From Octopus vulgaris (taxonomy: Eukaryota), in assembly GCA_951406725.2 (NCBI GenBank), contig OX597815.1:123132001-123196000 (forward strand): a DNA stretch of 64,000 nucleotides, in the 5' to 3' direction. This document shows positions 61,530-64,000 of the stretch, in pieces. Position 1 is the first letter of the stretch. Each line of letters opens with the position of its first letter. The translations under genes and the position numbers were made by a program. The notes beneath the pieces are model-generated. The model did not search any database, had not been told where the DNA came from, and saw nothing but the letters and a program-made list of their open reading frames with translations.

Positions 61530-62376
61530 GTAGAAAAGCAGACAAATCAAAAATCCTTTCAGGCAGATGGCCCTGCTAAATATGTAGAAAAGGCATAGGT
61601 AGAAACTCCATATGGTGTACCAGGTGCAAGCTATGGACACATACAAGGTGCAGCAATATCAGAAGAAGGTTAATATGGAAAATAGTCTTTGTGTATGGCA
61701 GATGCACAGGTACAGTAAACACTAGAAAGATATAGAAAATAGACTCCATCAAATGTTAAGTGGGGATACATAGAAGTGGTTGATAGCATTCGTTATTTAG
61801 GTGACCAAGTCATCAGTGGAGGTGGATACTCTGAGAGTATATCTGCTAGAATAAGCAAAGATTGGCAAAGTTCAGAGTGCTTCTACCTTCATTGGTAACA
61901 AAGAACCTCTTCCTCGGAGTGAAAGGCAGATTGTATGATGCCTGTGTATGAACAACCATGCTACAGGGCATTGAAGGCTTGAATAGTATACTCTGCTGGA
62001 TGTGTAGTGTCAGTGTGCATGTGTGACAGAGTGTATGTGTCTTGAGAAAAAACCTAGGCATAAGAGGCATCAGATGTGGTGTGCAGGAGAGGTGACTGTA
62101 CTGGTATGGCCATATGCTTTGTATTGACAAGGACAGCTGTATAATGAAGTGCTCATCCCTAACTGTGGAGGGAACTTGTGGAAGAGGTAGACGTAGTGCT
62201 GGTGACACATAAAAGGCACCCACTACACTCTGAGTGGTTGGCATTAGGAAGGGCATTCAACCGTGGAAACCAAGCCAACGTCAGACTTGAACCTAGTGCA
62301 GCTCTCTGGCTTACCAGTTCCAGTCAAACTGTCAATCCATTCCAACATGGAAAGCAGATACTAAATGATGATGATA
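61530..62376 (+). mobile_element. Degenerate RTE LINE 3' fragment
   Basis: Similar to 14130-14983 (gtgaaaggcagattgtatgatgcctgtgt; gcatcagatgtggtgtgca). (GAT)n tail. Confidence 0.8.
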
Positions 62377-63732
62377 TGACGATCATCATATCATATCTAC
62401 TACATGTGTGGAAAATCGGTGTGTGTTTGTTTGTGGCATTGTTAGTTAACTCCTCCTCCATTGTTTTATTGATTTTGATGACATACGAGTTGAACTTATA
62501 TCTGCAAACCTCGTGACATACATAAATTGTTGAAAAAATCGATAATACAGCCCCCGGAAAGGACCTTTATATCTACCTCATACAACTATTTTTTTAAAAC
62601 ACCTAAAGGAAATAACCCATAGCACATGTACAATATTTTTTTTAAACACTCAAGGGAAATAACCCATTTCATTGTTTATGTTCGATTACTTTGAATATTG
62701 ATTTTTTGTGTGTCCTATTTCTAAGCTTGCAGACACTTTTATACTTTATTTGACACGTGAGTAGAACTCATGTCTGGAAACCTTGTGGCATACTTAGATT
62801 GTTGAAAAAAATTAATAATAGGGCCCTTTCAATAGATCCTTCTATCCACTACATGTTACTAATATTTTATTTAAACAACCCAAATAAATAACCCATACCA
62901 CCTGCAGATTTTAGCTATGTGATCAATAATTGATTCTCACAATCAGCCAACCTAATTCTGCATTTCGCTACTCACAGCCTTGAACTGCTAAACATTATTA
63001 TTGCACTTCCTTAATTTGAATCTTAAACCTTAAAGACTTCATTCATACATTTCTATACATACATACTTTTTTGAATGCCCATTACTCCGATAATTCTGCA
63101 TTTTTACAGTTACACTTTTCCATGACAGTAGATAAATTTTTTATTCCACAACATATTTGTAATGGCTTCATGCAGGCACAGTGTGGATTCGATCCTCAAT
63201 TGCCAAATTCACTTAACACTTCAACAGCACTTTTATCATGGTAAAACAATAGTTTTTCTGTGAATGACAGCAGTTATACATTTCCCAGATGCCTTTGCTA
63301 AGCAGAATAATGTCTTTGTCTCTTGCCAACCTCTGACAACCTCTCTCACCAGCCTCCAACAATCTTTCTTTGCATCTCCAGAAACCTTTCTCACCAACCT
63401 CCAACAATCTCTCCCTCTTCCAGCTGACAGTTTTTTGTACTTTTTCGTGATGGAAAATACACTTTTTGTGGTAGTTATAAGGTGTTTCAATAGAACATCT
63501 TTACTCTCTGGAATTACAGGGTACACCAGCTAGTATACATATATATGCGAAATAGAAAGAATGTATTTCTTAGAGACATGGAATAGTAAAAATAAGAGAA
63601 CCTCTTTCATTCCAAGTTCAATCCAGTTGAGGTCAGCCTTTCTCTGTGTGGTCTACCAGTCATTTTATTCAGATTGGTTGATCTATATCTGTGTTTTATG
63701 AAATTGTAGTGCTATATCAATGTGAGAAGTTA

Positions 63733-63776
63733 TGTGTGTGTGTATGTGTGTATACACACACACACACACACACACA
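63733..63776. repeat. (TG)n-(CA)n compound microsatellite
   Basis: Directly visible in the sequence. Confidence 0.85.
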
Positions 63777-64000
63777 AGTTTTGTCTCACTACATAGTAAT
63801 GGGTTGATTATTATCTTGTAAGTGAAATTGATTGACAGAAACTGGAAGAAGCTTGTTGTGTATGTTTATATATATGTGTGTGCATGTATGACTCGGTGTA
63901 TATTCCCCCTTGTCTTGGCATGTATGCGTTGTTTGTAAACAAAAACCTTATAATTTGTATGTTTGCTTGTAGTTTCTACAAAAGCATGTCTGGACTGTCC

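Noticed and set aside
63213-63533. Overlapping ORFs with a short internal repeat
   Set aside because: Explained by a ~44-bp duplication; no splice-site or family support.

Overview
AT-rich, intron-containing eukaryotic genomic DNA. The SINE/LINE repertoire points to an octopod cephalopod (inference). Four protein-coding genes can be spliced by hand: PTGES2 (+, 6 coding exons, 6545-22971, 402 aa), BBLN/C9orf16 (-, 2 exons, 32945-29093, 101 aa), DDX39B/UAP56 (+, 9 coding exons, 34075-41893, 426 aa) and PCM1 (-, one uninterrupted 1889-aa CDS, 52126-46457). A fifth, unidentified gene probably starts head-to-head with PCM1. The rest is mostly transposable-element debris: a deleted Ty3/gypsy LTR element, CR1 and RTE LINE ends, tRNA-derived SINEs, DD37D (maT) transposon remnants, and hAT and piggyBac-like MITEs. 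The most notable observations are: a PTGES2-BBLN-DDX39 block whose human counterparts lie on the MHC paralogon (9q34 / 6p21.3 / 19p13); an intronless PCM1 CDS lacking the canonical LIR; Penelope-type minimal hammerhead ribozyme motifs in PTGES2 intron 2; a candidate regulatory (retained/poison) intron in DDX39B; long inverted-repeat dsRNA candidates; and a perfect 36-bp palindrome. There are no CRISPR, rRNA or bona fide tRNA genes. TE boundaries are approximate unless stated.
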